Source: Azolla caroliniana | Lineage: Eukaryota; Plantae; Polypodiophyta | Assembly: GCA_043228905.1 (NCBI GenBank) | Contig: JBHGNT010000001.1 | Span: forward strand, 21,266,001-21,330,000 | Reading direction: 5' to 3' | Length of the DNA stretch: 64,000 nucleotides | Shown: positions 12,830 to 24,851 of the stretch, piece after piece | Layout: the number at the start of each line of letters is the position of its first letter | How positions within the stretch are numbered: position 1 is the first letter of the stretch | The notes under the pieces: model-generated | Databases searched by the model: none | The model's input: only the letters and a program-made list of their open reading frames with translations | What the model was told of the DNA's origin: nothing | Made by a program: the position numbers and the translations under genes

Positions 12830-13247
12830 TGTTACCGGCCGGCAAGGACTCCAAAATACGGAGTGAAGGAATTAATTAAGTATGGTTGTAATAAGCATAG
12901 TGTGGACGGACGGACTGGAAACGGTATGCCGTTCCAGATCCGGACGGATCCCGAATAGGTGCGATAGGCACCGTTTTGTACTACGGGCCGGAAACCTATT
13001 TAAAGGCCCGGACCCCATTGTAATCACAGCGGATAATTAATAGAGCATATGGTGTTTATACTTCTGTGTTGATTTCCGTTCTGTAATTACTGTTATATCT
13101 TACGCGTGTAATTAACCAAAGCACTCTAATCGTGTAACCTACGTAAGTCGGTGTAATCGTTGAATCTTAATCCTATGTCGTAATCACCCTTTGGTGAAGT
13201 GTCTCCGTGACACCTTGTGTTAGGCCTTGTCCGACCAGCGAATAACA
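12830..13247 (+). repeat. 5' LTR of C
   Basis: TGTTACC...ATAACA; direct repeat of 27931-28348. Confidence 0.96.
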
Positions 13248-13253
13248 CAGTTT

Positions 13254-13263
13254 TGGCGACCAC
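13254..13263 (+). promoter_or_regulatory. PBS of C (TGGCGACCAC, tRNA-Arg(UCG)-like), 6 nt from the LTR
   Basis: Position after the 5' LTR; tRNA assignment from recall of plant tRNA 3' ends. Confidence 0.7.
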
Positions 13264-13300
13264 GATTCCTGCTTTCTCGTAGCGAACGACGGCTTAATGG

Positions 13301-14962
13301 ATGACGAGACCAACGCACGACCTGGTTACAGACCGAGCTCGACGCCTCGCCGAACGGCAAAGACGGCGTGAGACTTTCCAGCAAGCAGCGCACGAAATTC
13401 GCTCGGATCGTTCGTTCTCCAACGAGATCCGGAGAGTCGCGGAGGAATCTCTTCGGTTACGGCAAACTCGCGACCAGGACGACGGAAGCAGTCTAAGTAG
13501 TCTCCGGGAAACCGAACGCCTCCTCGAGGCGCTGGCAAGCGGAGAAAACGAGGCAGAAGCCTTTTCAGCCTACGAATCGGATTCCGAAGGGGGATACAGC
13601 GTGCACACGAACTACCGGAGCAGCAACGATACCCCCGGCGGCCCGGAGGACGACGGGTCGGATACCGTGCCGACTCCAGAACCGGAACCGTTCGACCAGG
13701 GCTATCCGGAACCACAAACGGAAGCCGTCAACCCACCACCACCGGAAGTGGAAGAAGCAAAGCCACCGACACCAACGAAAGAACCGGCAAAGGTACCGGA
13801 AGAAGACACGGAAAAGGAACCGGAAAAAGCACCGGCAAAAGAACCGGAAGTGGAACCGGAGAGAAAACCGGAAAGATATCAACAAACGCCACTAAACCGC
13901 GGCCTAATACTGGACGACGACATGCCGTTCCAATACTCAAAGTATCGCGATGACCCGGACGCGGAAGCGCATGTTCATGCCTTCGAGCAGACATGGGAAG
14001 CAAATCACACGTCCCAGCGAATGACACCGGAGGAAGAAGAACGCTCGAAGATAGCGGAATTCGGGGTCACGTTGGAAGGACCAGCGACACGATGGCGGCG
14101 GACGCAGGACCCGGCGACCATCACAACCTTTGCAGAATTAAAAGCAAAATTCTTGCATTTTTTCCACAAGGAGGTCGACCAGACGACAATGGTGGGCCTG
14201 TTTTATACGAACGGACAGGAGGCAGGGGAAAGCATTCCCCAATTCGTCATCCGTTTCCAACGAATGCATAGCCAGCTTGCCCGTGCACCCCCGGAGGAGG
14301 AATTACGGACGATATTTTTAAACGCACTCCGGGAACCGTTACGCACGGTGTGTACGGTAACCGACTTTCGAGGAAGCACCATTGACCAGGTCATTGACCG
14401 GGTCAGAGAAATGGAAAAGTCAAGCTCATGGCTTACACTGGGAACACTGCAACGGGCGTTACCCACCGAGGAAGATCTCCGGTTCCGGCAGGCAATTCAA
14501 TGCACAATCTGCTTGAATGCCGGACACTCGGCAGTGGAGTGCACCATGCGCACTCAGTGTGTGATTTGTCAATCCAAGAGTCATACAACGGACCGGTGCG
14601 AGTATAACCTGTTAAACCGACAAGCACCACCCGTCCGACGGATCGAGCCAAGAAGCAGCCGAGACGAAGATGACGATCGTTGGCAAAGAATGAACCGGTA
14701 CCGACCGGCACAGGATGTCCGGTACGGAGACAGACAAGAGAATGATGACCGGTACGGGAATCGGCATGATAACTACGACCGGTATGAGCGATCGGACCGT
14801 TATCGGGAGTCCAACAGACGACACGAGCAATACGACAGAGACCATTCCCCTGGTTACCGGAAGCACCAGGAGGACTACGGCCGATTTTACGATCCACCAC
14901 GACTGGACTACCGAAATAAAAATAAGAATAATAAGAAACGCAATTTCAAGAAAGGTGGTCAC
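13301..14962 (+). pseudogene. Element C gag (5' part of a single gag-pol ORF), interrupted by D
   Basis: Retrotrans_gag-like core and two CCHC knuckles; rejoins 20654 in frame once D and one TSD are removed. Confidence 0.9.
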
Positions 14963-15421
14963 TGTCAGGAATAGCACTAAAACAGAGATGGAATTAGTAC
15001 TAAGAACAGCAGTACTATTAGTACTAAGAGGACGGGACTGCGTAAGATTCCCGAGAGAGGAAGTGAGAAGAGGAGAGAGAGAGAGATAGCGAGAATGAGA
15101 GAGAGAGATAGCGAGAATGAGAGAGAGAGAGATGATGACAGCAGCTATATATTATGTGAAAAGATAAGTACAAGCGGCTAAGAGGCTTAAGACTGGCGTT
15201 GAACCAATTTGGTTCAAAACAATGCCTTGTGCCTCCTTTTATAGTGTTTTTAGGAATAATCCTGAAGCTTCTAGAATGTTCCAGAGAGATCTGGAATATA
15301 CATCAATTTTCTATGATAAAGTATAAATGAAAATAATATCCTACAAAATACAATTCATAATCTAATGGTAAGAGCTCGACCCATGTAGCATAAAGTCATG
15401 GGTTCGAGTCTTGCCATGACA
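14963..15421 (-). repeat. 3' LTR of D (459 bp, includes a 22-bp duplication)
   Basis: TGTCA...TGACA; direct repeat of 20212-20648. Confidence 0.95.
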
Positions 15422-15432
15422 CTATCTCCCCC
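15422..15432 (-). promoter_or_regulatory. Polypurine tract of D
   Basis: GGGGGAGATAG abutting the 3' LTR on the minus strand. Confidence 0.85.
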
Positions 15433-18400
15433 TTAAAGACGATGAGTGGAACGAGTCGGCGCTAATTGCGGACCGGGTTTGTCCGGATACTTTCGGTGGA
15501 AATCAGCAAGAAGATCTTGTGCATTGGCAACATTCTCGACGGGTTCCCAAGTACGTTCGCTCGGACTATAACCGAGCCAATCGACCAAGTAATAAAGTTT
15601 GTTGCGAACAAGTTTGGAATCGAGGATGGCAGCAACTTCATACTCCGGGCCGGCGTCCAACTCCAACGGGGGTGGCGGTGGTGTCACACGATCGGGAATG
15701 GTGTTTGCTTTATAAGGTTCAAGAAGAGAACAATGGAAAACCAGATGTATCTGAAGCTGCGGAGGGAGATCCAGACGGAAGGTGACATCATTAATCTTCC
15801 CCGTAATACGGAAAGGACCGAGTCGTCGATAATCCAACTTGTCGCACGGTCGAGTAGTCTTGATGTGACGACGTAAGAGCCATACTCAATCTCCGATGAC
15901 AAAAGAGGAGGGAATCCGATGACGATCCGCATAAGTCTTCTGTGTGTTGAGCATGACGAAGGTGAGTAGAGAGATCCATCTGGATCTTGCGTAGCCTCTC
16001 CAAATGGTCCTCGGCACGAGGGTTGGTAGGTAGCTCCGGAGTGTCGATCACCGACCAGCGAGGATGGAAACCGGTATAAGCGAGAAATGGGGAGACCCGA
16101 GTCGAGGAGTGAATAGCATTATTATACGCAAACTCCGCAAAGTGGAGAATCTCGGCCCAATCGTCCTGTTGATAACTCAGGAAACACCGGAGATATTGCT
16201 CCAACGTTTGGTTTGTTCGTTCCGCCTGTCCGTCAGTTTGAGGATGGTAGCCGGAGGAGAGGTTGCAGGAGACCTTGAGCATCCTGAAGAGATGCTGCCA
16301 AAATTTGGAGACAAATTGCGGGCCTCGGTCACTGATAATACTGTCTGGTAGGCCATGATGCCGAAATACCTCACGCATAACAAGAGCGGCGGTTTCCTCG
16401 CTAGTGATGGCTTTAGTACATGGCACAAAATGTGCCATCTTCGTATATCGATCGACGACGGTTAGGATAGCATCGAACCCCTTCGAGACTGGCAGATCTG
16501 TAATAAAATCAAGACAAATAGACTGCCATGGCTTACTTGGAATTGGTAAAGGTTCCAACAAGCCATATGGATGGTGTCGTGGCATCTTTGCTCGGCAGCA
16601 AGCATCACAGGTCCGAACGTAGTCGTCGACAAAACGGTGCATGTGGGGCCACCAAAAAGATCGCTGCACTAACTCCAACGTCTTGGTACTACCGAAATGT
16701 CCCGCCGTATGGGTGTCGTGACAATGTTGGACGATTTGAAGGCGACAGGAGCAATCGGGGACATATACGCGCTTTTTAAAGAATAACAAACCATCATGAT
16801 ATTCGAATTGTCGGTAGTCAATACCTGGTTGTTGAGACTGAGAACAGGATGCCCGAGAAGTATCAATGTGCGCCAGGATGTCTTGAGCAAAACTATCCGT
16901 CTTCAAGGTTGCACGTATGTCATCGGTAATCCGTGAATCCATCGGGGTGTGAAAAATCCGCGTCGTGTGCAATCGTGTTGGTCCCAAGATTACTTGCTTT
17001 TGATTATCAAATGTTGTGTCACCAAGACGAGGTGCAAGATATGAACGCCGTGATAGTGCATCTGCTTTTCCTTGCTGCTTCCCCGGTCGATATGTGATTT
17101 CGAAGTTGAAACGCGTGAGGAATTGCGCCCACCGAGCTTGCCGTCGATTTAGTACGCGAGCGTTCTGAAAATAAGCAAGATTTTTATGATCGCTAAAGAC
17201 AGTGACCTGATGTGGAGAGCCCTCTAAGAAATGCCGCCATTGTACAAATGAATCCACGATGGCTAATAACTCCTTGTCATGTATTTCGTAGTTGATTTCT
17301 GCGACATTGAATTTGCGCGAATGGAAAGCCACCGGATGCAACTCTTCTTTATCGCCTTGTTGAGAAAGGATGCTACCGAGGGCGAAATCTGATGCGTCGG
17401 CCTCCATGAAGAATGGTTTGCTTGTATCCACATGAGCTAGAATCGGTGCTGATGTAAAGGCTTTCTTAAGATGCCGAAAAGCCATATCTGCTTCGATGGA
17501 CCAAAGAAATGCTTGGCCCTTCTTCGTAAGTTGTGTGAGAGGTAAAATAATCTTCGAGTAATCCTGTATAAACTTACGGTAGAAGTTAGCAAAGCCTAGA
17601 AAACATTGTACATCTCGTACCGACCGTGGAATTTGCCACTCTAGTACAGTTTGGATTTTAGCTGGATCCATGGCGATGCCCTTTGAGGAGATGACGTAGC
17701 CTAGAAATTCCACTTGCTTGCAGTCAAAGCTACATTTCTCTAGCTTGGCATAAAGACCATTCTCGCGGAGTCGCTTTAGTACTAATAGTACATGAGAATC
17801 GTGCTCTTCCTGGGTCTTCGAATAAATCAACAGATCATCCAGATAAATGATCAAACAGATATCCAAGAGGTCTCTGAATATATCATTTGCCATGTGTTGG
17901 AAGACTGCGGGTGCATTGGTTAGGCCAAACGGCATAACAGTATACTCGAAATGCCCATACCGCGTGTGAAAAGCGGTCTTCCACTCATCTCCCGGTCGGA
18001 TCCGCACGAGATTATACGCTCCTCGTAGGTCGATTTTAGTAAAAAACTTGGCACCATTAACTCGCTCTAAAAGACTTGATATAAGAGGAAGTGCATACCT
18101 ATTCCGGATGGTGACTTTATTCAATCCGCGGTAATCAACGACAAGACGAAGTGAGCCATCTTTCTTCTTGACAAAGAAGATGGGTGCACCGGCCGGAGAT
18201 TTCGAATGACGGATGAACCCGCTTGCCAAGTTCTCCTCTATGTAGGCTCGAAGGACTTCTAACTCGGTGGGTGACAAGTTGTAAATTGGTCCCCATGGTG
18301 GCTCGGTTCCTGGTTGTAAATCGATGGGACAATCATAGGGACGGTGATGAGGAAGGGTACCGGCTTTTACCTTGTCAAATACATCGGCATAAGGATGATA

Positions 18401-19003
18401 TTTTGCCGGAAGTTGTATTGAGGAGTCCTTCTTAAAAGTGCTAGAAGGATGTACTGATATGGCAAATAGGAACATTGCCTCCTTGGGTCCTTCTTCGCGT
18501 AGTTGATGGAGTGAAATGGTCGAAACTCGGTGAGTTGATTCTTGGGGTGGTCGATATCGGACTTCTCTTGTTCTCCAATCTATGGCTGGATTATGTAATT
18601 CAAGCCAAGGTAATCCTAAGACAATGGGATGCTCTGGACTACTAATTATATTAAATGATATTATACACACAAAACTACCTAGGACAACTTGAATGGGTTC
18701 TGATTCTTCTACAATATTCCCGGAAGCAATGGGACGACCATCAATGACTACTACAGATGTGGGACAAGGAAGTTTTCTTAAGGATATCTGAGAAGCTTGG
18801 GCAAAATTTCGATCCATGAAACAGGAATTAGCTCCGGAATCTAAAAGTGCTAGGACGGGTACTGGGGGAGTACTTTTAGTACTAACAATGACTTGGGCTA
18901 GGAACACATTGCTAACTTGCTTGGAAGGAATGGAACCACTAATGGGCTGTACAGATCTAGGGCTGTTGTCCAACCAAATGGCTCCTATTTTGGCTGGACT
19001 CAA
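15433..19003 (-). pseudogene. Element D pol (PR-RT-RH-INT-chromodomain), one frameshift near 15940
   Basis: 1070-aa ORF plus ORF 15433-15837 with GPF motif and EYEVAAILDS..YLVDWLGY..TWEP chromodomain. Confidence 0.92.
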
Positions 19004-19012
19004 TCGTTTAAC
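18957..19012 (-). promoter_or_regulatory. Putative -1 ribosomal frameshift signal (G UUA AAC plus stem/pseudoknot)
   Basis: Pol is -1 to gag with a ~15-nt overlap containing GTTAAAC; 6 nt downstream is the 11-bp stem GTCCAGCCAAA/TTTGGTTGGAC. Confidence 0.72.
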
Positions 19013-20142
19013 TCTTCATCTAATTGACTAAGGATTTCAAATTTATTTGAGATACTTGGGCTATTAGTACTATGAATACTATCTGACACTCTATTAGTAC
19101 TATTAATACTATCTGACACTCCGAAGGGAAGAATTGACTCGGGTTTAGTACGGGCGACGATTTGATTTACCTGTCTTCTTGGCCTATGGGGACAATTGAT
19201 GGCGATATGTCCTGGTCCACCGCAATAAAGACATAATCGATTGGCACGTCGTCGTTGCTTTTCTTCTTCCGATAACGGGCCGCGTCGACGCATCGGTGTC
19301 GAAGTATTTGCTTGAGGTATGTCTCGTGCAAACGGTTTAGCCGCGACTGCGGCGTAAGTGGGCTCTGGCCTAGAGCGTGGTATCTGTAATTGACGTTCTG
19401 AACGCCGTTCAAAAAGGCGGTTGTCACATCGAACTGCTCGACTGATTGCCTCCGTAAGAGACTTTGGTTCTTCGGGGAAAGTTAGAAGTAGATCTTTGAC
19501 ATCGTTTCGCAAGCCATAGCGAAACTGCTCCATTAGTGCTTGATCATCCCAGGGTATATCTGAAGCAAGTAGGCGGAAATCCGCCGCGTAGGCAGAGGCT
19601 GGACGATCGCCTTGACGCAATCGCCGGATCTTGTTGATCGCCGTCCTGATGCTGTCGGTGTCTCCAAAGCAGGCTTTAAACTCACCAATAAAATCTTCAA
19701 AGTTATTAAGTAAGGGTGATTGTTTTTCTAGAAGCGGAGCAAACCATGCCAAGGCTGAGCCGCTAAGTAGCGTGCCTATTAGGCCGACTCGAGATGCATC
19801 AGTGGGATATCGGGAAGGATGCATCTGGATGACTAAGCGTACCTGATTAAGGAATCCCCGGAATTGCGAACGCGTTCCATCAAATTTCACAGGAAGTCCA
19901 ATCTTGGGCTCTTTATGAAATCCTTGGGGACTGGATCCTTGTTGTTGCAACGCTGCTTCGAGTTGTTGTACCCGTAACGCTAACTCCCCATGTTGTTGTT
20001 GCGTTTGTTGTTTTTCTAGAGCGATTTGTTGCAGATCCCCTATCAGCCGTTGGTTTTCTTGTTCCAGGGCAACAAATTTTTCTTTTAGGCACTGTAGCTC
20101 GGAGAAAACGGATTGGTATTCTTGGGCGCTAACAGTAGCCAT
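19000..20142 (-). CDS. Element D Gag (380 aa)
   Basis: Intact ORF; P.KFDG, LRQG...Y..DF, FRYGL, CLYCGGPGHIAINC knuckle. Confidence 0.92.
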   Translation of the reverse strand: MATVSAQEYQSVFSELQCLKEKFVALEQENQRLIGDLQQIALEKQQTQQQHGELALRVQQLEAALQQQGSSPQGFHKEPKIGLPVKFDGTRSQFRGFLNQVRLVIQMHPSRYPTDASRVGLIGTLLSGSALAWFAPLLEKQSPLLNNFEDFIGEFKACFGDTDSIRTAINKIRRLRQGDRPASAYAADFRLLASDIPWDDQALMEQFRYGLRNDVKDLLLTFPEEPKSLTEAISRAVRCDNRLFERRSERQLQIPRSRPEPTYAAVAAKPFARDIPQANTSTPMRRRGPLSEEEKQRRRANRLCLYCGGPGHIAINCPHRPRRQVNQIVARTKPESILPFGVSDSINSTNRVSDSIHSTNSPSISNKFEILSQLDEELND

Positions 20143-20197
20143 AGTATAGGGAAAAGGGTAGGAGGATGAGGGAGAGTGACAAGTAGGCTAGAGGAAA

Positions 20198-20209
20198 AAA
20201 TTGGTTCAA
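20198..20209 (-). promoter_or_regulatory. Self-priming PBS of D (TTGAACCAATTT)
   Basis: No TGG start; perfectly complementary to the LTR sequence at 20437-20426, 33 nt downstream of TATAAAA. Confidence 0.78.
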
Positions 20210-20211
20210 AC

Positions 20212-20648
20212 TGTCAGGAATAGCACTAAAACAGAGATGGAATTAGTACTAAGAACAGCAGTACTATTAGTACTAAGAGGACGGGACTGCGTAAGATTCC
20301 TGAGAGAGGAAGTGAGAAGAGGGGAGAGAGAGAGATAGCGAGAATGAGAGAGAGAGAGATGATGACAGCAGCTATATATTATGGGAAAAGATAAGTACAA
20401 GCGGCTAAGAGGCTTAAGACTGGCGTTGAACCAATTTGGTTCAAAACAATGCCTTGTGCCTCCTTTTATAGTGTTTTTAGGAATAATCCTGAAGCTTCTA
20501 GAATGTTCCAGAGAGATCTGGAATATACATCAATTTTCTATGATAAAGTATAAATGAAAATAATATCCTACAAAATACAATTCATAATCTAATGGTAAGA
20601 GCTCGACCCATGTAGCATAAAGTCATGGGTTCGAGTCTTGCCATGACA
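20212..20648 (-). repeat. 5' LTR of D (437 bp)
   Basis: Direct repeat of 14963-15421; TATAAAA at 20470-20464 on the minus strand. Confidence 0.95.
20581..20648 (+). other. tRNA-like A/B-box cassette at the LTR terminus of D (second copy 15354-15421)
   Basis: TAATCTAATGG (A-box-like) and GGTTCGAGTC (B-box-like) with tRNA spacing; partial cloverleaf. Confidence 0.6.
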
Positions 20649-20653
20649 GTCAC

Positions 20654-23600
20654 CCTAGGGACCCGGAACATGGAACCCCAAGGAGCCAACCAGCACAGAA
20701 CGCACCACTCACTACGGGACCGACTCCGGCTACCAGCAATGCTGAATCCAGCAATACCCGTAAAGAGTACTGCTACTACTGCAGGCAGGAAGGCCACTAC
20801 AGTAACCAGTGCCCGGTAAAGAGCTACGAGAAACGACCAGCAGTTAATATGGTGGTTCCGGAAGTGGCGGATATACAGCAAGTAACCACACGGTCGAAAG
20901 GCATGGCCAAAGAGTGGGAAACACAAGAGGCCATACGAAAACAGGCGACGGAATGGGTGAAGGAAGCCAATGAAAGGAACGTCGCGGACGCGGAACGGCA
21001 AAAGGCGAATACCATAGGGAGTGCCGGCGGTAGCCACCCAGAAAACGAGACATGGCAAGCACTGCAAGAATGTCAGATCACGTTGCCGTTAGGAAGACTC
21101 TTGCAGCTCGTGCCGCAATTTACGGAAGGACTAAAAACGGGCATGACAGACGGTATAGCCCCACCGGCACCAGTCCTCTTCTCGAACCCGGAGGAGGGAC
21201 CGACGGTGGTGGACACTAGTAGTCCGGTGATTACAGCTATTGTCAAAGGGCACGAACTTCCCGGCACAGTAATCGATGGAGGTTCCGGGGTGAACGTAAT
21301 AAGCCTCCACACGTGTGATGCCTTGGGTATACATGAATGGGAGCCATGTCCGTTCTGGCTACGGATGGCGGATACGAGCTCTGTACGGCCGACGGGCTTA
21401 ATACGGAAATTGGAAGTCACCATAGGAGGTCACACATTTCACATCTCGGCTGTAGTGCTGCAGCTACAGGCGCAAGGCGCGTACCCACTGTTGCTGGGCA
21501 GACCATGGTTGAAAACAGCACACATCAAGCAAAATTGGCGGAAAAATATGATTACCTTCCGGCGCGGAAAAGCCAAGGTCCGGGTACCGACACAACCACG
21601 GACGAGCAACGGTAAGGAATGCACACCGTTGTATGCGGAATGCGTGAACATGCTTGAAGGGTTGGCAGACGACGAAGAAGCCCAGTACTTGGAGGAACAC
21701 CCAAAGATCGTACCACTCTTCGAGATTGACGTGGCTGAAGCCGTAGCGCCATACTTGCCGCAGCGGGATGAAACCGAAGCCGAACCAGACAAAGATGCGA
21801 TTCGGGAATTACGGCAAGCACAGGAAGCGTTGGAACGGGAAATGGCCGTTTCCCAACGGGTAAAAGCATCCCAGCTCGACGAAGTGAACCTAGGAAGCAA
21901 GGACGAATCAAAGCCGGTACACATCGCCAAAGAAATGAAGCCGGAAGATAAAGCGGCGATGATCAAACTTCTCACGGAGTTTCGCGACGTATTCGCCTGG
22001 TCATACGAAGATATGCGAGGGCTGGACCCTCAATTATATCAGCATCAGATCCACTTAGGCAAGGACGCGAAACCAGTGGCGCAAAGACGTTACCGAATGA
22101 ACCCCAACTACGCCGCCAAAGTGAAGGAGGAAATCGACAAACTCCTAAGAGTGGGCTTCATCCGGCCGGTAAAGAAAGCGACGTGGCTGAGCCCCATCGT
22201 CGTCGTCCCCAAGAAGAATGGTAAAATCCGCGTGTGTGTAGATTACAGGAAATTAAATGCAGCCACAATTACGGATGCATTCCCTCTTCCGTTCACCGGA
22301 TGCATTACTGGATGCCGTCGCCGGCCATGAAGTTTATAGTTTTTTAGACGGGTTCAGCGGATACAATCAAATCCGGATGCACCCCGACGACCAGGAGAAG
22401 ACAGCGTTCGTCACCAAATGGGGGGTGTTTGTGGCCGAAGTAATGATGTTCGGCCTAAAAACGGCACCAGCAACTTTCCAGCGAATCATCATGGAGATCT
22501 TCGGCGAATACATTCCTGCCTTCATGTAGGTTTTCCTGGATGATTTTGCAGTCTATAGCCGGGGAAAAGACCATTTGCAGCACCTACGGTTATGCCTTGA
22601 AAAGTGTAGGTTATACCGGCTAAGCTTAAACCCAGCAAAATGCATCTTTGGAGTTTCAAGTGGAATATTGTTGGGACACATTGTAAGTAAGGAGGGCATT
22701 GCGGTCGACCCGGACAAAGTAAACGCGATACTAGGGGCACCGGCGCTGAAAACAGCCAAAGCACTAAGCCGATTCTTAGGACAGATCCGGTGGCACAGCC
22801 GGATGCTCCGTCACTTGGCTGACTTGGCTACACCATTACACACCGCGGTACATCGGACACCGTTCCAATGGACGGATACGGAGGATAAGGCATACAATGC
22901 CCTGAAGGTACTTTTGTCGCAAGCACCCGTCGTGCAGCCTCCGGATTGGAGCAAGGAATTTCATGTGTTCGTTGACGCTTCCGACATCGCTATCGGCAGC
23001 GCCTTAATGCAACTTACGGAGCCCAAATGGTACCGGCCGGTATATTACGCCAGCCGGAAGCTGTCCCAAGCGGAGAAGAACTATTCGACGACGGAACGGG
23101 AGGCCCTGGGCATGATCTACAGTGTCACAAAGTTTCGTCATTACCTATTGGGAAGGAAGTTCTCCTTTCATGTGGATCACTCGGCGCTCCTGTACTTAGT
23201 GTCCAAGGCGTCCCTGACCGGTAAGTTGGCCCGTTGGACCTTGCTGTTGCAGGAGTTCGAATTCGAGATTTTCCACCGGCCCGGTATCCAGCATGCCGTA
23301 GCAGACTATCTGAGCCGGTTAGAGTCCGGAGAATCGGGCGACGGAGTAGCGGATGAATTCCCGGACGCAGAGTTATTCCGTATCACCCCGGAAACGGCAG
23401 CGGACGACACGGTGGCATCAGAAGATAGGTGGCTGACAAACATGCACCAGTTCCTAAGCACGGGCCTACCACCGGAGGAAATGAACCGGGACGAGAGGAA
23501 ACGACTGGCGGTGCAGAGCCGCAATTTCTGTCTGTTACGGGACACTCTCTACCACAAAGGAGCAGATGGAATATGGAGACGGGCAGTCCGTAGTGACGAG

Positions 23601-24851
23601 AAAGAAGTAATCTTACGGGAAGCACACTGTGGGGTCGCCGGAGGACACTATGCCGGGGAAGCGACGGCAAGGAAGGTATGGCAGAGCGGCTTATGGTGGC
23701 CCACGACGTTAAAAGACGCCGTCAAGTATGCTAAGGAATGTGACCTATGCCAACGAATGGGCCAGCCTACGGAGCAAGCACGGATGCCACACCAACCGGT
23801 ACTTCCACTAGAGCCATTCCAGAAGTGGGGGTTGGATTTTGTCGGACCATTCAAGCCACCGGCAATGAGAACGGGTAATCGTTATGTCATCGTGGCAACG
23901 GATTATTGCACTAAATGGGTGGAGGCTAAGGCCTTGAGAGACAATACCGCGTCATCCACAGCAAAATTCCTGTACGAGAACATTTGGTGCCGATATGGAT
24001 GTCCGATCGAATTAATCAGCGACCAAGGAGGGCACTTCCTCGGCCAGGTAGTGGAAAGCTTAACAACGTTCTATGCCGTGGTCCACAAACGGAGCACACC
24101 GTACTACCCACAAGCGAACAGGTTAGCAGAGTCAACCAACAAAACGCTGCAGAACATTCTCCGCAAAATCGTCAATGAAAACCGGACGGACTGGGATACA
24201 AAGCTCCATAGCGCGCTATGGGCGTACCGAACGGCATACAAAACAAGTATCCGGACAACGCCGTTCCGGTTAGCGTTCGGCTTAGAGGCGGTCATGCCGG
24301 TGGAGTTTCAAGTACCAAGCTTACGGATCCAACTACGGGAACGGCTGAATGAAAAGAAGTCGGAGGAAATGCGGCTAGCAGCACTATGCGAACTGGAGGA
24401 GCAACGGCTGGCCAGCATCCTACACATGGAACTGGAGCAACGACGACGGAAAGCGTTCGTTGACCGTCACCGGAAAGGTAACGAAAAGATGTTCGAAATC
24501 GGAAAGCCGGTGCTAGTATTCCAAACGAGGATGGGCAAGATGCCGGGTAAACTCCGGTTTAGATGGACAGGCCCGTATTGGCTGACACGGGAATACAACG
24601 GGTCCTATCAGATAGGGACACTTGCCGGTGAAGTACTAGGCAAGTGGGTGAACGGATTTAGACTAAAGCCCTATAAAGGACCGATGCCAAAGAACCCGTT
24701 TATGCAGCTCACCGGCACTATACCGGGAACCTGTCCGGGAACGGTACGGATGGAAGAAAAAGACGACGGGGAACCCGTAGCAGAGACGAAGGAAGACACG
24801 GCAACCCGTAAGGAAAACGGTAAGGGTCCGAAGGGACTTACGGATGTGTAA
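20654..24851 (+). pseudogene. Element C gag end plus pol (third CCHC, PR, RT, RH, INT)
   Basis: CYYCRQEGHYSNQC, VIDGGSG protease, RT/RH/INT motifs; frameshift near 22298; CAG>TAG at 22527. Confidence 0.93.

Larger units (their letters stand above)
14963..20648 (-). mobile_element. Chromovirus D (Tcn1-like Ty3/gypsy), full length
   Basis: LTRs 14963-15421 and 20212-20648; TSD GTCAC at 14958-14962 and 20649-20653; PPT GGGGGAGATAG; gag, PR LLDSGA, RT YLDD, RH, INT, chromodomain. Confidence 0.96.

Noticed and set aside
14963-20648. Nested D appearing older than host C (about 3 substitutions plus an indel versus 2)
   Set aside because: Counts are too small to be distinguishable
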